From the NCBI GenBank assembly GCA_015680685.1, contig MNCI01002812.1, forward strand, positions 286,181 through 350,180: a stretch of 64,000 bases of DNA. The letters are read 5' to 3'. The notes beneath the pieces are model-generated. The model was given only the letters and a program-made list of their open reading frames with translations. It had not been told where the DNA came from and searched no databases. Shown here piece after piece: positions 1 to 12,460 of the stretch. Made by a program: the position numbers and the translations under genes. This DNA comes from Gnetum montanum. Its lineage: Eukaryota; Plantae; Gnetophyta. Each line of letters begins with the position of its first letter. Position 1 is the first letter of the stretch.

Positions 1-3000
1 TGGCAATTGAAGATTTTGTAATCAAGATTTCACAGCCTCGGAAAAAGGTACGGTTGTTGGCCCAATTGGAGAAGAACGTGTCGTCTGCCAGATCTGAATC
101 CCCGAACAGCCGTTGCAGAGGGTCAGACCAGCCGCATTGGGTCACCATCTGCCAGAGCATCTCGTCCTCCTGGAACGCGGCGCAGTCTGGCTCGAATGTG
201 AGCGTGATTCCCATCATCGCCTCGATTTCCTTCCATGCGTTGAGAGCCTGGGAGACCAGCCGCTGCGAGGGGCGCTATTTCTGCCAGAAAATAGTGTTAT
301 TTCATGCTTTCCACGCTACCCATAAAAGTAGCGTGGCCCAAGAGTCACCTGTGAGGCGCCTCGGCGGGGNGGGCACCGCCGCCACACGCCACGTGGCGCA
401 CATGCAAGCACATTCAAACACGAAATGCTACGTTGTCTCTGCAACAGTGCCGCATGCAGGACACGTTGCTTTGCAGTATTCCGCACTGTCGCAGCAAGGC
501 ACATATGGGCAGCGCATCATGCTTGAACAGCCACAAAAAGATTTTGATTTTTTCGGGCAACCGCCCTTGCCAAATCCACCGCCAGCCATCAATTCGGGGA
601 TATTTGGCAATCAGAAGGGCTCGCGGCTCGAGGCCCCCCCATCCCAGGGCTTGCATCACACGTGCGTGCCAGCACAGCGCCTGCCAGGGCCTAGAGTCCC
701 GCGCCCCCGTTTCCCAACGCAAATATTTGGCATTCATGATGCAGATCCACGGGATCAGTTCTCTATGCGAGCGCAAAAACCGAAGCACTAACCGTTGTTG
801 TCCCAACATCAACTTGTCCTCGAATGACGTGATGCCCAACCCACCCATGTTTCGGGGGCGCGCCACCCGTTCCCAATGGACCAAATGGATTTTGCTCCCC
901 CCTTTGCCCCCCTCCCAGATGAAGCTACGGATCAACATGTTAACTGCATTAATGACGACGTTTGGGGGGTGGCAACGGCAACCACGAAACGAGTGATTGC
1001 CATGAGGATTCCAATAGCCACAAGTAGGCAACCTTTGCGGCTTAGGAATCTATTCGCCCAGTGGCCCATTCTTCTTTCGATTTTTTCTAACAGCGGGCCC
1101 CACGCCATGGTCCGTCCCCACCTGAAGAGGGGGATGCCCAAATATGTCACTGTTTATCCCTAGCAGGATATTCAAAACTTGTATCACCCGGTTTTTAACT
1201 TGTTCATCCACATTAATGAAGTGGGCTGAAGATTTGGTCCTATTGATTTCCAGCCCCAACTCGGCAGCCATGCAGGACAGAGCAACATTGATGCAATGTG
1301 CCTACAGGACCGTTGCCCTACTGAGCAACATCGTATCGTTCGCATAGTGTTCGGCCCGACATGCCACCCCGACAATGTTCAAACCATCCACCCCTGATGT
1401 GCTGCAGTAGTGTTGCATTAAGTCCATAGCGATGATGAAGAGGAGGGGTGAGAGTGGGTCCCCTTGCCTCAACCCCCGACCTANNNNNNNNNNNNNNNAC
1501 TGCATGTGAATGCATAGTCGGATGAACTGCGAATCAAACCCCTTCAGGTGCATAATGGACTGCAATGCCTCCTAGCTGAGCATGTCGTATGCCTTAGTGA
1601 TGTCAAGCTTGAGGCAAAGCCCAGGGAAGCCTGAATTTCAAAGCGAGTGAAGCACCTCCTACATGAGGAGGATCTGGTCCTGAATGGCCCGCCCTTGCAC
1701 AAAACCCGCCTGGTCGATCCCCACAAGCCTGGGCATGAGCGGTACAAGCCTATGCACCAGCAACTTAGAGAAGATCTGGATGAGTACATTGCATACTCCG
1801 ATGGGACGGAAGTGTTCAGGGCGGTGTGCGTTAGATTGCTTTAGAATGCACACAATGCGGGAGCAGTTGAGTTCCCTCCGGACTTGCCTCCTAGTCAGCA
1901 TGAGATTGAACGCATCTAGCATATTGGGTTCCACAATATCTAGAAACGTCTTAAAAAATTCAAGGCTCCAACCGTCAGGACCAGGTGCTTTTCCTTTTGG
2001 CATGTTGTTGATCATAGTCGTGAGTTCCTGCTAGGAGAAAGGGGCCAGCAGCCGTACGTTGTCGTGCTCGCTCAGCATTCGCGGTACGTGGATCGAGATT
2101 GGCCTAGTGGGGCGCTTGGCCCAGATGCCGCCCCAGTATTGCGTCAGCTCATGCGCAATTCATTGCGGATCATCAATTGTCTCCCCGTCCCGGTTGCAAA
2201 GACAGCGTGGTTGACTTCCCCCACGTGTCTTGGCCATGGCAAAGAAGAATCTAGTTTGTCTGTCCCCCTCCCTGATCCATAGGACCTAAGAATGTTGCCG
2301 CAGTATGTCTCCTCTTCCAGGTCAAGGGACTGAAGCTAACACAATGTGTGCTGCTCCTCTGTGTTCAGGTCCTCACCTGCTTCTTGCTGGGCCTGGATCT
2401 GGCCAAGCTGATCACGACGCGTCAGCAGGCCTGTTCGAAAGGAGAACTTATCATCCATAGGTAGGGCCCTGATGGCCCACTTCAGCCGAAGTAAGGCCTC
2501 CTTAAGGAAGTTCCATGGGTCCCCCTGGCTGGGCCGGTAGTCTGCCCAAATCTCCTCCACCAACGGCCTCAACCACGGCTTGGCTAACCAAGCAGCTTCG
2601 AAACGGAACGATCATGGCACCCTAGGTTTATCAGGCCTGATCAAACAGGTCAGCGAACGGTGGTCTAAAGCGACCCTCTCCTACCCTGACACACGGATGG
2701 AGGAATGGAGGAGGAGGTCAGTGTTGACACAAACCTGATCAATTCGGGTGAGGACGTGGTCTGGGCCTTTCCTTCGATTACTCCACGTGAAACGACAATT
2801 CTCAATGGGCAGGTCTACCATGGAGAAGGTTGCCAGAAAAGTCTAGAATTCAGGCGCCCCCTGTGGAGGGGGGGCAACCCCCCCGGACTTCTCCCAAGGG
2901 TGGAGGCATTGGTTGACGTCCCCCACCACTATCCACGATTGATGGTCTGGAATCAACGCCACCACTCGAGTCAACTCGTGTAACTGCTACTCCTAGTTCT

Positions 3001-3273
3001 GTGCCCTATAAAAATTAGTCAACCAGACCCCTTGTGAGGGGACCTGGACAGTGATGGCCCACTGTGATGCATCCATGAGATTCATGGCGTAGTGGGCCAG
3101 AATAGCGAGTCCACCGGCCCGGCCCAAGCAGGGGTGCACGTGGGTGGTCCAACCTTCCCAGTGGAAGAAGTGCGACTCCATTGCCTGCAGCTTGGTCTCC
3201 TGGAGACAAACAATATCACAATCTTCATCACGAACAATTCTGCGTAGGGTATTTCTTTTGTAGGGGGTACCCT
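1..3273 (-). pseudogene. LINE A ORF2 (EN-RT-zf-RVT) running into the PF20167-like extension
   Basis: ORF fragments 2993-3772, 2336-2572, 1659-2015, 1302-1565, 932-1150, 414-1031. After WVAWKA*NNTIF the same frame (one more stop) reads ...MLWQMVTQCGWSDPLQRLFGDSDLADDTFFSNW, then after a frameshift FRGCEILITKSSIA. Confidence 0.9.
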
Positions 3274-3779
3274 NNNNNNNNNNNNNNNNNNNNNNNNNNN
3301 NNNNNNNNNNNNNNNNNNNNNNNNNNNNNNNNNNNNNNNNNNNNNNNNNNNNNNNNNNNNNNNNNNNNNNNNNNNNNNNNNNNNNNNNNNNNNNNNNNNN
3401 NNNNNNNNNNNNNNNNNNNNNNNNNNNNNNNNNNNNNNNNNNNNNNNNNNNNNNNNNNNNNNNNNNNNNNNNNNNNNNNNNNNNNNNNNNNNNNNNNNNN
3501 NNNNNNNNNNNNNNNNNNNNNNNNNNNNNNNNNNNNNNNNNNNNNNNNNNNNNNNNNNNNNNNNNNNNNNNNNNNNNNNNNNNNNNNNNNNNNNNNNNNN
3601 NNNNNNNNNNNNNNNNNNNNNNNNNNNNNNNNNNNNNNNNNNNNNNNNNNNNNNNNNNNNNNNNNNNNNNNNNNNNNNNNNNNNNNNNNNNNNNNNNNNN
3701 NNNNNNNNNNNNNNNNNNNNNNNNNNNNNNNNNNNNNNNNNNNNNNNNNNNNNNNNNNNNNNNNNNNGGCATCTTCTAG

Positions 3780-4735
3780 GGGGGTAGTTTGTTGGAGGTT
3801 GGGTGTATCTGGCCCTTGCGGCCCATTGTGACCCATGCGCCTCCCTCAAATAGTTGTCTGACCTGGGCTCTTGGTCTCTGTGGCCACGGCCCCTGCACCC
3901 GACAGGCCGCTTCCTGATGGCCGAGTTTTCCGCAGCGCGCGCAATCGGTTGTGTTGCTTCCCTAGGTCGCAGGACTACGTTTGGGTCCTGTTGCCACCTC
4001 CAGGTTTTCAAACTCAACCTAGAGTTTTTCTTCCCCTACGTCACCCAGTCAAAGGCGATGAATTTGCCAAAGAATCTTGCGATTTTCTACAAGAAACCCA
4101 GATTCCAGAGTTCCCAGGGGATCTCGGAAACTCGCATCCAAACCGGGGCTCTAGAAAACAGGTCGGCCTCACGATGGGCCTCGGGACGCCATGGGGTCAA
4201 CGCCAGACCCCTCACTCCGTAAAACCATGGGCCTCCTAGCAAAACCGAATCCCTGGTCTGACGGGAGGGGAAAATAAACAGAAGGAGGTCTGCGGACAGG
4301 CTGTGGACCTCGACTTCCCCCACCTGCCACTGCTCTTGGGCCCAACGTTGGATGAGGTCCAATCGCGAACATGCACCCCGCGAGACAAAGCGGCCAATAA
4401 GGCTCCGTTGCATTGTGCAGACCCCCTCGATAGGGGGTTGGGTAACCCGGAGGCATAGGGTGTCCTCGGCCCTGGAGTGGGCCTCGATGCTGCCTCCAGG
4501 TACCGCCCCCCCCCCAATCGCCGGCCAAGGCATGTTCGCCGTGAGGGTGTTGCCCCCCATTGGCTGGCCGTCCAAGGTCCCGCACCAGCTCCTATTGTTG
4601 AGCTTGTGGCTGCTCTGGTTCCTACACCAGCTACGGCTCCTATTGCTGCTCCTGTCGCTATTACTCTTCTTGTCGTTGTTGCTCCTGTTGTTGTTGCTGC
4701 TCCTGTCGCTGTTGCTGCTCCTGCTGTTGCTCCAT
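3780..4735 (-). pseudogene. LINE A ORF1 (Q/E-rich N-terminus, DUF4283-like, CCHC knuckle)
   Basis: ATG at 4735 opens MEQQQEQQQRQ. 4087-4575 reads SLIGRF...GGPWFYGVRGLALTPW...PVWMRVSEIPWELW. CARCGKLGHQEAAC at ~3902-3943. Confidence 0.85.
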
Positions 4736-5364
4736 CGCTTGAATCTTCACAGTTCAATAATTGTAGGTAGTCTACATTAATTGTTGTATTTCCTTTTAAA
4801 GAGCAAGCCATTTTGTTTGTTGATAGCTGAGATACCAAGAAATTCCTTGAAGTACTCCAAATCTAAATTCTCATTAATAACATCACATTTTAACATACTT
4901 TAATTCAGATTCTGATTCCTGAACCTAGATGTTCTTCAGGATTTTCAATTCAGAACAAGTTTTTCCATTGAAAAATTGTTATGGTAATTTTCACCTATGC
5001 ATTGACAAGTACTCAAGGGAGTGCGTCATTTGTTTTGTAAATGTAAAATTCTACCTGTTTAATTAATTTACTCTGACAAGTTTTCATTGCATAATTCAAA
5101 TTGCAGCCTTATGGAAGCTGTCAATTATGAAGAAAACAATAAATAAATAAATTGCTAAACTGTATTAGGAAAATGTGTCCCGTTTATTTCCTGGGTAGCA
5201 TAAACGTAAAGTGCCTCAGACAAATCAAACAATAATCAAATGATACAATCTGAGATTTGTAAAGGAAATTATGCATGCATATCAAAAAATTAGACCATGC
5301 TATCAACATACATAAAAGAGATTTGCAATCTGCAATATCTTGGTCATTTACATTCAATTTTTAC

Positions 5365-5403
5365 CTTATATGCACATCCCCGAATACAGGCATGAAAACA
5401 TTC
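5365..5403 (-). CDS. Host gene coding exon 4 (ECFHACIRGCAYK)
   Basis: ctacag acceptor, AAG|gtaaaa donor, 39 nt, phase 0/0, in frame with exon 3. The terminal exon was not identified. Confidence 0.85.
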
Positions 5404-5770
5404 CTGTAGACCAAGAAGAGTGATCAATGTAAGTGATAGGGTTATGGCGACAATAAAATGAAACAATTAATGTTAAATCAAAAAATAATTAGCATTAAAC
5501 AGTCAGTTTAACAACAATATAACAGCCGAACAAGCAAGATACTTTTTGCAAAATCATGTTCTGCAATTCATTAAGAAAATTATGATGCTCCTGACTATAG
5601 TTATTTGTGCAAACTATGATCTCGAATTCCTGAATTTACTCAAAATTTAGAGTTGCTCATTAATTAAATCATTTATCAAACAATATCTAAATTTCTAAAC
5701 AATTAACATGCTCATGTACTGAACCAAGAAAGGAAGCTAATAATGTCATATAAGAGTAAAGAAACAAAAC

Positions 5771-5874
5771 TATGGAATTGTCATCTTGTCCAGGAGATCG
5801 GTCAATATAAGCACTCCACTGCTGGTTCTTTATGACGGGGTCCTTATAGCAAATTCCATTGCAATCTCCTAAGC
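5771..5874 (-). CDS. Host gene coding exon 3 (CLGDCNGICYKDPVIKNQQWSAYIDRSPGQDDNSI)
   Basis: ttatcag acceptor, GT donor (ATA|gttttg), 104 nt. The phase-1 join to exon 2 forms TGC (Cys). Confidence 0.9.
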
Positions 5875-6129
5875 CTGATAACCAAAAAGAAGTTATAAAA
5901 TTAAAAATATAAAACATCCAAAATGAAACCAAATGAAAAGTGAACAGAACTCACTCAAAATATCTACATGAAAAAATAAACAAAATTGACCTAAGAAATT
6001 GAATGCTTGTCAAAGCTATAATGACAAAAGCTTAAAGGAATCTGACTTTAACATCTTTAAAATTTTACAATCCCTAAGAGCATAACTTTGTAATCCCAGT
6101 TCATTTGTGAACACTTTATGTTTGGAATT

Positions 6130-6750
6130 AATTCAATGATAAAATAAAAAACTCTGGATGTCTATTAATGCAAGCATTAATAGATGTCCAAAGGTTTTAA
6201 TTTCCCTTTTTATTAAAATCTCTGGACATCTATTACAAGTACTAGGAATCCAAAATATGGTCATTTTCCATTTAGAGAAAACACACAAATCTCTTTTATG
6301 TATGTCTTGAGCATTGTCTATCAACATACATATGTCCAAGAATTTTCTATTTAAAACTGAAAGTATGTCCTGAGCCCCCACCAAGCCTACACAAATACTC
6401 AGGCAGTCAATTCATTACCTTTCATCTTATTTTATACATGTGGCTGCTTTCAAACTAACCCAAGGTTCATTGAACCTAGATATATTCTCCAATAACCTAG
6501 AAGGTTCTAGAAAAGTCCAGTGACTAATATTAATCATGACCTGGTTCAATGAAACTGGCATTGCTTTATCTGCAAGTAACTTTGCGCTCCCATTAATTAA
6601 AAATGGATTATCCATCCATTCAAGTGTCCAGAAATTTGTGTTTTCATCCGATTCAATCTGATTATTCACTAGTCAGTATCAGACTCTTCATCCAATTCAG
6701 AATGATCACCTATCTGATAAAGGCATCAATTAATTAGCAAAGTGAGCCTA
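6130..6750 (-). mobile_element. Old, highly degenerate L1-like 3' fragment
   Basis: IESDENTNFWTLEW resembles the plant L1 G-D-G..T.FW.D.W motif. TIFWIPSTCNRC resembles the end of a plant L1 RNase H. Confidence 0.35.
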
Positions 6751-7094
6751 TCAACTTTGTTCTGCCTATAACTAGTAACAACAGCCCCAACTCTTGGAAA
6801 TTGATTAAAGGTGAGTAAAGAAAAGCAATCAAAAGAAGAGAATAGAGAAATCAAGAGACTGAAAAGAAAGGGTGGTCAAAATATAAAATTCCTTTTTCCT
6901 CCTTATATAGTGATTCATATTATATCCCTAGGAACCTTCATCCCATCTCTGTTTAAATCTGGATCTTCAAAAATCAGGAAAAGATGTTATTTCTATTACT
7001 TTTTAATTTTTTAAAACTCTTTGCATTTCATCACAATTACTGTCATTATAATTTTGCATTTCCATGTTAAACTAAGATTTAAATCTCCATGGTC

Positions 7095-7420
7095 ATGCAT
7101 AATGTAATGGTGCAGACTGCCGCAGTTTTACATATCGATGATTTCAGATAATCAAGTGAAGTCGAAATAATTTTCATACTATTTTTATGACCATAATCAT
7201 CAAGACTATTATATTATCTATGATTGTACTATTTCTTTAATCATATTATTATCATACTGTTTGCTCTCATTCTATTGTTGTCCAATAATATCGTTTGTAA
7301 GATGAATACTGCATTATTTTTGTAATATTTGAATCCAACCAACACAGTTAACAAATTACATGTATGATTTTGAACATGAAAGTATTGAAGCCTACATAGT
7401 CCTAAATCAACAGTGATGCC
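7095..7420. repeat. Dispersed ~330 bp repeat, copy 1
   Basis: tgcataatgtaatggtgca...atttgaatccaaccaacacagtta...taaatcaa matches 15982-16305 in the same orientation. Confidence 0.85.
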
Positions 7421-8279
7421 CCACATCTATAGATGTGACCTTAGTACTCTGTTAAATATTTAGACTTTAATTTGTTTTAAAGCTTATATCTATTTGTAGA
7501 TATGCCTAATGCTTCTTAGTAATATAAAGACCCTTGTTTGGGTGACATCCGCAATATTACTATTTATTTCTAATTTTTGTCTAATTTTTTTATTATTTTA
7601 AGTTTTAAAAATATATGTTTTATTAATAAGTGAGCATTGCAAAGTCTAGCATTATTTCAGAATAATATTAGAAATTTAACATGATGTGGATTCATGGTTT
7701 ATTTTGACATTTAGTTGAAAATTTTAAATTATTAAATATTTAATTAATTAAAATACGTCAAATTCAAAGTTGTCAAATGGCACTCAAATTTCATGGACCA
7801 ACTCATTTTTATGCCTAACGTATAGATTTATAATTAGTTTTTCAATTCAAGCTTTATATTTTGAGATTTTAATGTTAAATGATTAAAAAAAGTACCCAAT
7901 GGGACCATACTTTCCTTGATTCAATCAAAATATTAATTTATAGCATGGTAGCTATGGCATGCTATTGCTCATTACAATCGGCTCGACATGTGTAAAACAT
8001 TGGATAGACAAAAAGTTTAGTATTAATGATTTTTACTAAATAAATTATAGAAAATATGGAAAATACAAAAAGGCCAAAAATAAATTAGAAACCCTCATAT
8101 AATTAAAAAAAAGTGACTTAAAACAAGACAAAAAGTTGAAGCCATGGAAAAAGTCAATCTGAGATGGTGATGTATATTCTATGACATGCTTATGATGACA
8201 TCTATTTTATTTATATGCAAAATTGTCCACTTCATATTAATAGCTGGAAAAAGGACAAAGAACTCCGTTAATAGGGGCC

Positions 8280-9100
8280 ATGTGACTCCCTCATGAGATC
8301 TTGCTTGTCCAAGTCAAGTAGCAATGATGACATGAATAAAAAAAAGATTTTTAAAGAATGGGTTGTCTACTCATTGTCCACTATGTAAACTTTTGTGCAC
8401 AAGTCTTTACCCAAGCCCTAGGATCTCCTCCATCCTATAAATAGAGGGGGTGTTTGCTCTCATTTTCACTTTTGGCCAAGGAAGGGGAGACTATGCTAGT
8501 TGGAGGGGTAAGGAGTTGAGGAAAGACAAGGGAGAGTGGTTGTTCCTTGCTTGTTCTCAATCATCTCTTGGGCTGTCTTGAGTGTTCTTATGGGCTCTTG
8601 GAAGGTGCATTTTGCTGCTACTGTTGGAGGCTTTTGGGATTGATTTTTGAGGACTGTTTGGCTGATTCAAGAAATTGTTTTCTCTGATTTTCTGAGGGGA
8701 TTTTAGCAACACCTTGGACTTGCAATTTGAAGCTAACTTCTTGAACTATTGGCTGGATAACAACCCAAACTTGAGATGTCTTCTCCCTCCCCAAACTGGT
8801 CAAGTTTAACTTTAAAGGTATGTATTTTAAACCCTTATTGTACAAAATTTTTAGTAGGTGTTTGAAGCTGTATTGGCTTGGACCAGTGAAGATTATTTTA
8901 TGAGGGCATGTGGGATTCCTTGTGAGTTGTGAGTCATGCATAGAGTCTCTCATGTGTCTTGGATTTCATTTGTGGTATGCATGTTTTGCACTTATGAGTT
9001 AGCATTTTTTTGTGTCATGTGCACTTGGTATTTCATGTTTTTGTGATTATTTTTGTTTTATAAAAGAAATGCCCCCCATCATTCTATCCAAGGTTAGTGA
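8280..9100 (+). mobile_element. LTR-like sequence interrupted by LINE B (may resume at ~12461-12600)
   Basis: CCTATAAATAGAGGGG TATA context at ~8433, followed by purine- then pyrimidine-rich U5-like sequence. No partner LTR found. Confidence 0.3.
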
Positions 9101-9101
9101 T

Positions 9102-9104
<3 letters not shown>

Positions 9105-9132
<28 letters not shown>

Positions 9133-12100
9133 GAGAGAGAGAGAGAGAATGTTCAAGATAATATTACTAGAAAGTAAAATACAAAAGAGAGTACAAATTT
9201 GGGTCGCCAACAGTGGCCCACACGGGAGATCTCAAGCTCCAACAACTGTAAAACCAGAAACTGGGGGAGGGGGGGAACCCCCAAAAACCAAAACCAAGAA
9301 ACTAGGGAAGGGGTGGGGAAGGGGGGCCACAACCCCCCACCCAGGGGGCACCCCCAACAAAAAGGGGGCGGAGGCACACCCACCCCCCGCAAAAGAGAAG
9401 GGGGGCCCAAACCACAATACCAGACAGCCAAGAATTACAACAATGGAATCCACATCGCAAGAGGCTAGAGCTACCAGTCGGGGGATAGTGGGAACCGCAA
9501 CCAGGCTACTAGTGTGTCAGCAATCTATGACATGCACAATGCGGGCGCTTTAGGGCATGGAGGATATCCAACGTGTTACGATGCAATTCGGAATCCACAA
9601 AACTAGCAACCTGTTAAATAGCTTGCATGGCCGCCTCCCGTCGATTCCGCTCCTCAACTGATGCCGCCACCCCCNNNNNNNNNNNNNNNNNNNNNNNNNN
9701 NNNNNNNNNNNNNNNNNNNNNNNNNNNNNNNNNNNNNNNNNNNNNNNNNNNNNNNNNNNNNNNNNNNNNNNNNNNNNNNNNNNNNNCAGTTGATGCCCAA
9801 AACAATGTACGGACAACATCCATCCTGAAGCCATTGTTGCACACTCTGTTCGTGTGCCCGGTCCAGCTACCTCTAACTCTACCATTCCTCGTCCTGTTCC
9901 CACTCCTATTGTGCCCGCTCAGCCTCCTCACACTCTTTGCGAGTAGCATCTTCCTGAAGCAGCTCCTCCCGAATCTGGGCACAGATTTCATCAGCTAGTC
10001 GGGCTTGGGCAGCCTCCGCCAGCAAGGCTTGCTGCCAGATCAGCTCCTACTCCCGCTCCCGGAAACTGGTCTCCAACTCAACCTATGTGTGTGTGAGGGC
10101 TTCGTCCCATTTGGCTTCCTATTCACACTGTTCATCAGCACACGCAATGGCCACAGCCTCCACTACCACACGGTGCAACCCCTCATCCCGTAAAGCCTTG
10201 TGATTTGACTTTGCTTGTGAGGATGCATCCAGTATTGCCATGGGATTGGAGGCACTTGGCTCTCGGTGGCCACCCCTCTTATGGGAATAAACCACCATAG
10301 GCCCAACCCCTGACAGCCCAGGCAGATCTGAAAGGGAGGGTACAAGTGATGACAACCTCAAGGGGTGGGGACCCAATCCTGGCCCCACCTATGGCCACAC
10401 CCCTGTCGCCCCCCGCCATAGGGCTAAAATAAGCCCAGAGTGGCACCCCCCTCTTCTGCTGTTGTAAAATAGCCAAAAAAAAAAAAGCAAGGCAAATTAA
10501 CCCTAATCCCCAGCTTCAAGCACTTGAGAAAAGCAAAGTGGATGCCCTAGAGCTTGGACTCGTTTCTAGATTGTACGAAGAACCAATCCACCAGATCAGC
10601 AACCCAAGCCCAAACAGGTAGCAGGGTGGATTCGGGCACCTGTCTACTCTACGTGCATGACACCAGCCCTGTGAAAAACAAGTTAGCATCCTGTAGCCCC
10701 CGAGTGGTGGCCAAGATGACTTCGCCCTCCTCCTGGGCCCCCAGACATCTGGCAATCACGAATTTTGTGATAATAATTTCGATACCCCAAAAAAATGTGC
10801 AATCCTCCCGCTAGTTGGTGTAGAATGCATCATCCAAGAGGGTCAGGTCGCCCACCAGCTACGATAGGACATTACTTCACGTTGTCCTAGAATGCCACAC
10901 AGTCAGGCTCATAGGTCGACGTAACCCTCATTACTGCATCAATTTCTTTCCACACAACCGCGACCCATGAAACCACCTACATAGGGGGTAGGGGCGTGGG
11001 GGCAATTGATGCTATTGGAAAATGTTATGGTTGCAGACTCTTTCCACACCACCCATAAAAGCAAGGTGGCCCAAGAATTACCAAACAGCGTTATCGAGGG
11101 AGGCCAACCCATCGCATACCACGTGGCACGCATGTGAACACATTGGAAGGCGAAGTGCGAGACGATTTCAGGTGCAATTCCGCATAGCGGGTAGGTGTCA
11201 TTGATATCGAGGCTGCGCCTTCGTAAATTCGTCTATATACCGGTAGTGTATTACTTTCCAGCAACCACAGGAAGACTTTAATTTTCTCAAGCAGACGTCC
11301 CTACCAAATCTGATTCCATCCTGACACTGACAAATAAATGGTCAAAAGTAGGCAGCATGACTCACATTCCAACCACCCCCGTGCCTGCATTTGTAGTGCA
11401 TGGCTGCAAAGTGTATGCTAGGGCCTCGAGTCATGCATCCCCGACTGCCACTGAACATACTTGGCATTCATGATCCTAATCCACTAGGCCGTTTCTTTAG
11501 TTTGGAGGGTGAAACAAAGCAATAGTTGTTGCTTACTGAGCATCAGTTCATCTTCGAATTTTGAAATCCCCAAACCCCCCGCAAATCGAGGGTGCACGAT
11601 CTGGTCCCAACTGGCCAGGTGCAACTTGCACCCCACCTTTGCCCCCCAACCACACAAAGTGACAAATGAGCTTGTCTATAGCCTGAGTTACTGCACACCG
11701 GGGGGGGTGTATCCACAATGGCCACGAAACAGGTCATTACCATCAACACGCTCGACACCAACACCAACCACCGCTTATGAGTAAGAAAACAGTTCGCCTA
11801 GTTTCCAATCCGAATCTCAATTTTTTCTAACATCACACCCCAGGATATACAATGACCCCAATGGAACAATGGGATGCCTAGGTAGGAGTCTCGAGTCGTT
11901 CCAGAAGCGACACCTAGGATTTGCAAAACCTAGTCTTTCACCCAAGCGTCCACATTGAAGAAATGGGCCGTTGACTTTGCGCGGTTGATCACCAGGCCAA
12001 GCTCGACAACTATCCAGGTAAGTGCCAGATTAATGCCATGCGCTTGTGGGACCCAAGCCCGACTAAGTAGCATCGTGTCATCAACATAATGTTTAGCCAA

Positions 12101-12460
12101 ACATTCCACCCTAACGATTTTCAAGCCACCTACGCCTATAGCCTTGCAATAATATTGCAGAAGGTCCATACCGATAATAAAAAGTAATGGTGAAAGTGGG
12201 TCACCTTGCTGTAATCCCCTACCTGGGGATGAGAGTCCCCATAACCACCCATCTCCCCCCCCCCCCAACATCGAATGAAAAGTCGGCCAAAGATTGTAGG
12301 TGAATGCAAAGTTGAATAAAACCTAGGTCAAAGCCTTTTTGCCACATAATGGTGACCAATGCCTCCCCCATAGGCCTGGGTAATGTCTAATTTGAGGCAT
12401 AGCCCAAGGAACTTTGAAAGACAGAGAGTGGAAGATCTCATGCATTAAGAGGTGCTTAGT
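9105..12460 (-). mobile_element. L1-clade LINE copy B, 5'-truncated, J-domain subfamily
   Basis: Poly(A) seen as T28 at 9105-9132, with the same 3' terminus as copy D. RT (GRGLQQGDPLSPLLF, HYVDDT) and zf-RVT. Extension FYTN..FF.GIEIIITKFVIARCLG...CLKLGIRVNLPCFF. J-domain remnant. Confidence 0.92.
9506..9830 (-). pseudogene. J-domain region of LINE B (HPD position falls in N gap 9675-9786)
   Basis: QQWLQDGCCPYIVLGIN[gap]EERNRREAAMQAI*QVASFVDSELHRNTLDILHALKRPHCACHRL aligns to the intact copy at 19836-20093. Confidence 0.85.

Larger units (their letters stand above)
1..4745 (-). mobile_element. L1-clade LINE copy A (ORF1 + ORF2, degenerate; 3' end beyond window start)
   Basis: ORF1 with DUF4283-like segment and zinc knuckle. 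ORF2 with endonuclease (IVCLQETK), RT (PGPDG, KLDITKAYD, GLRQGDPLSPLLF, HYANDT), zf-RVT (LPEKIKIFLWL..C..C) and the WVAWKA-NNTIF motif. Stops, frameshifts and an N gap at 3274-3768. Confidence 0.95.

Noticed and set aside
54-996. Long plus-strand ORFs (54-791, 433-996) and similar ORFs opposite other LINEs
   Set aside because: They are antisense shadows of GC-rich LINE ORF2, with no recognisable domains.
2993-4017. ORFs of 200-311 aa
   Set aside because: Their length is inflated by the N gap at 3274-3768.
4930-5160. Candidate terminal exons after AG sites (VKITITIFQWKNLF*, VEFYIYKTNDALP*, FSNLFIYC...)
   Set aside because: Several acceptors are equally plausible and none gives a convincing C-terminus. 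This cannot be resolved without transcripts.
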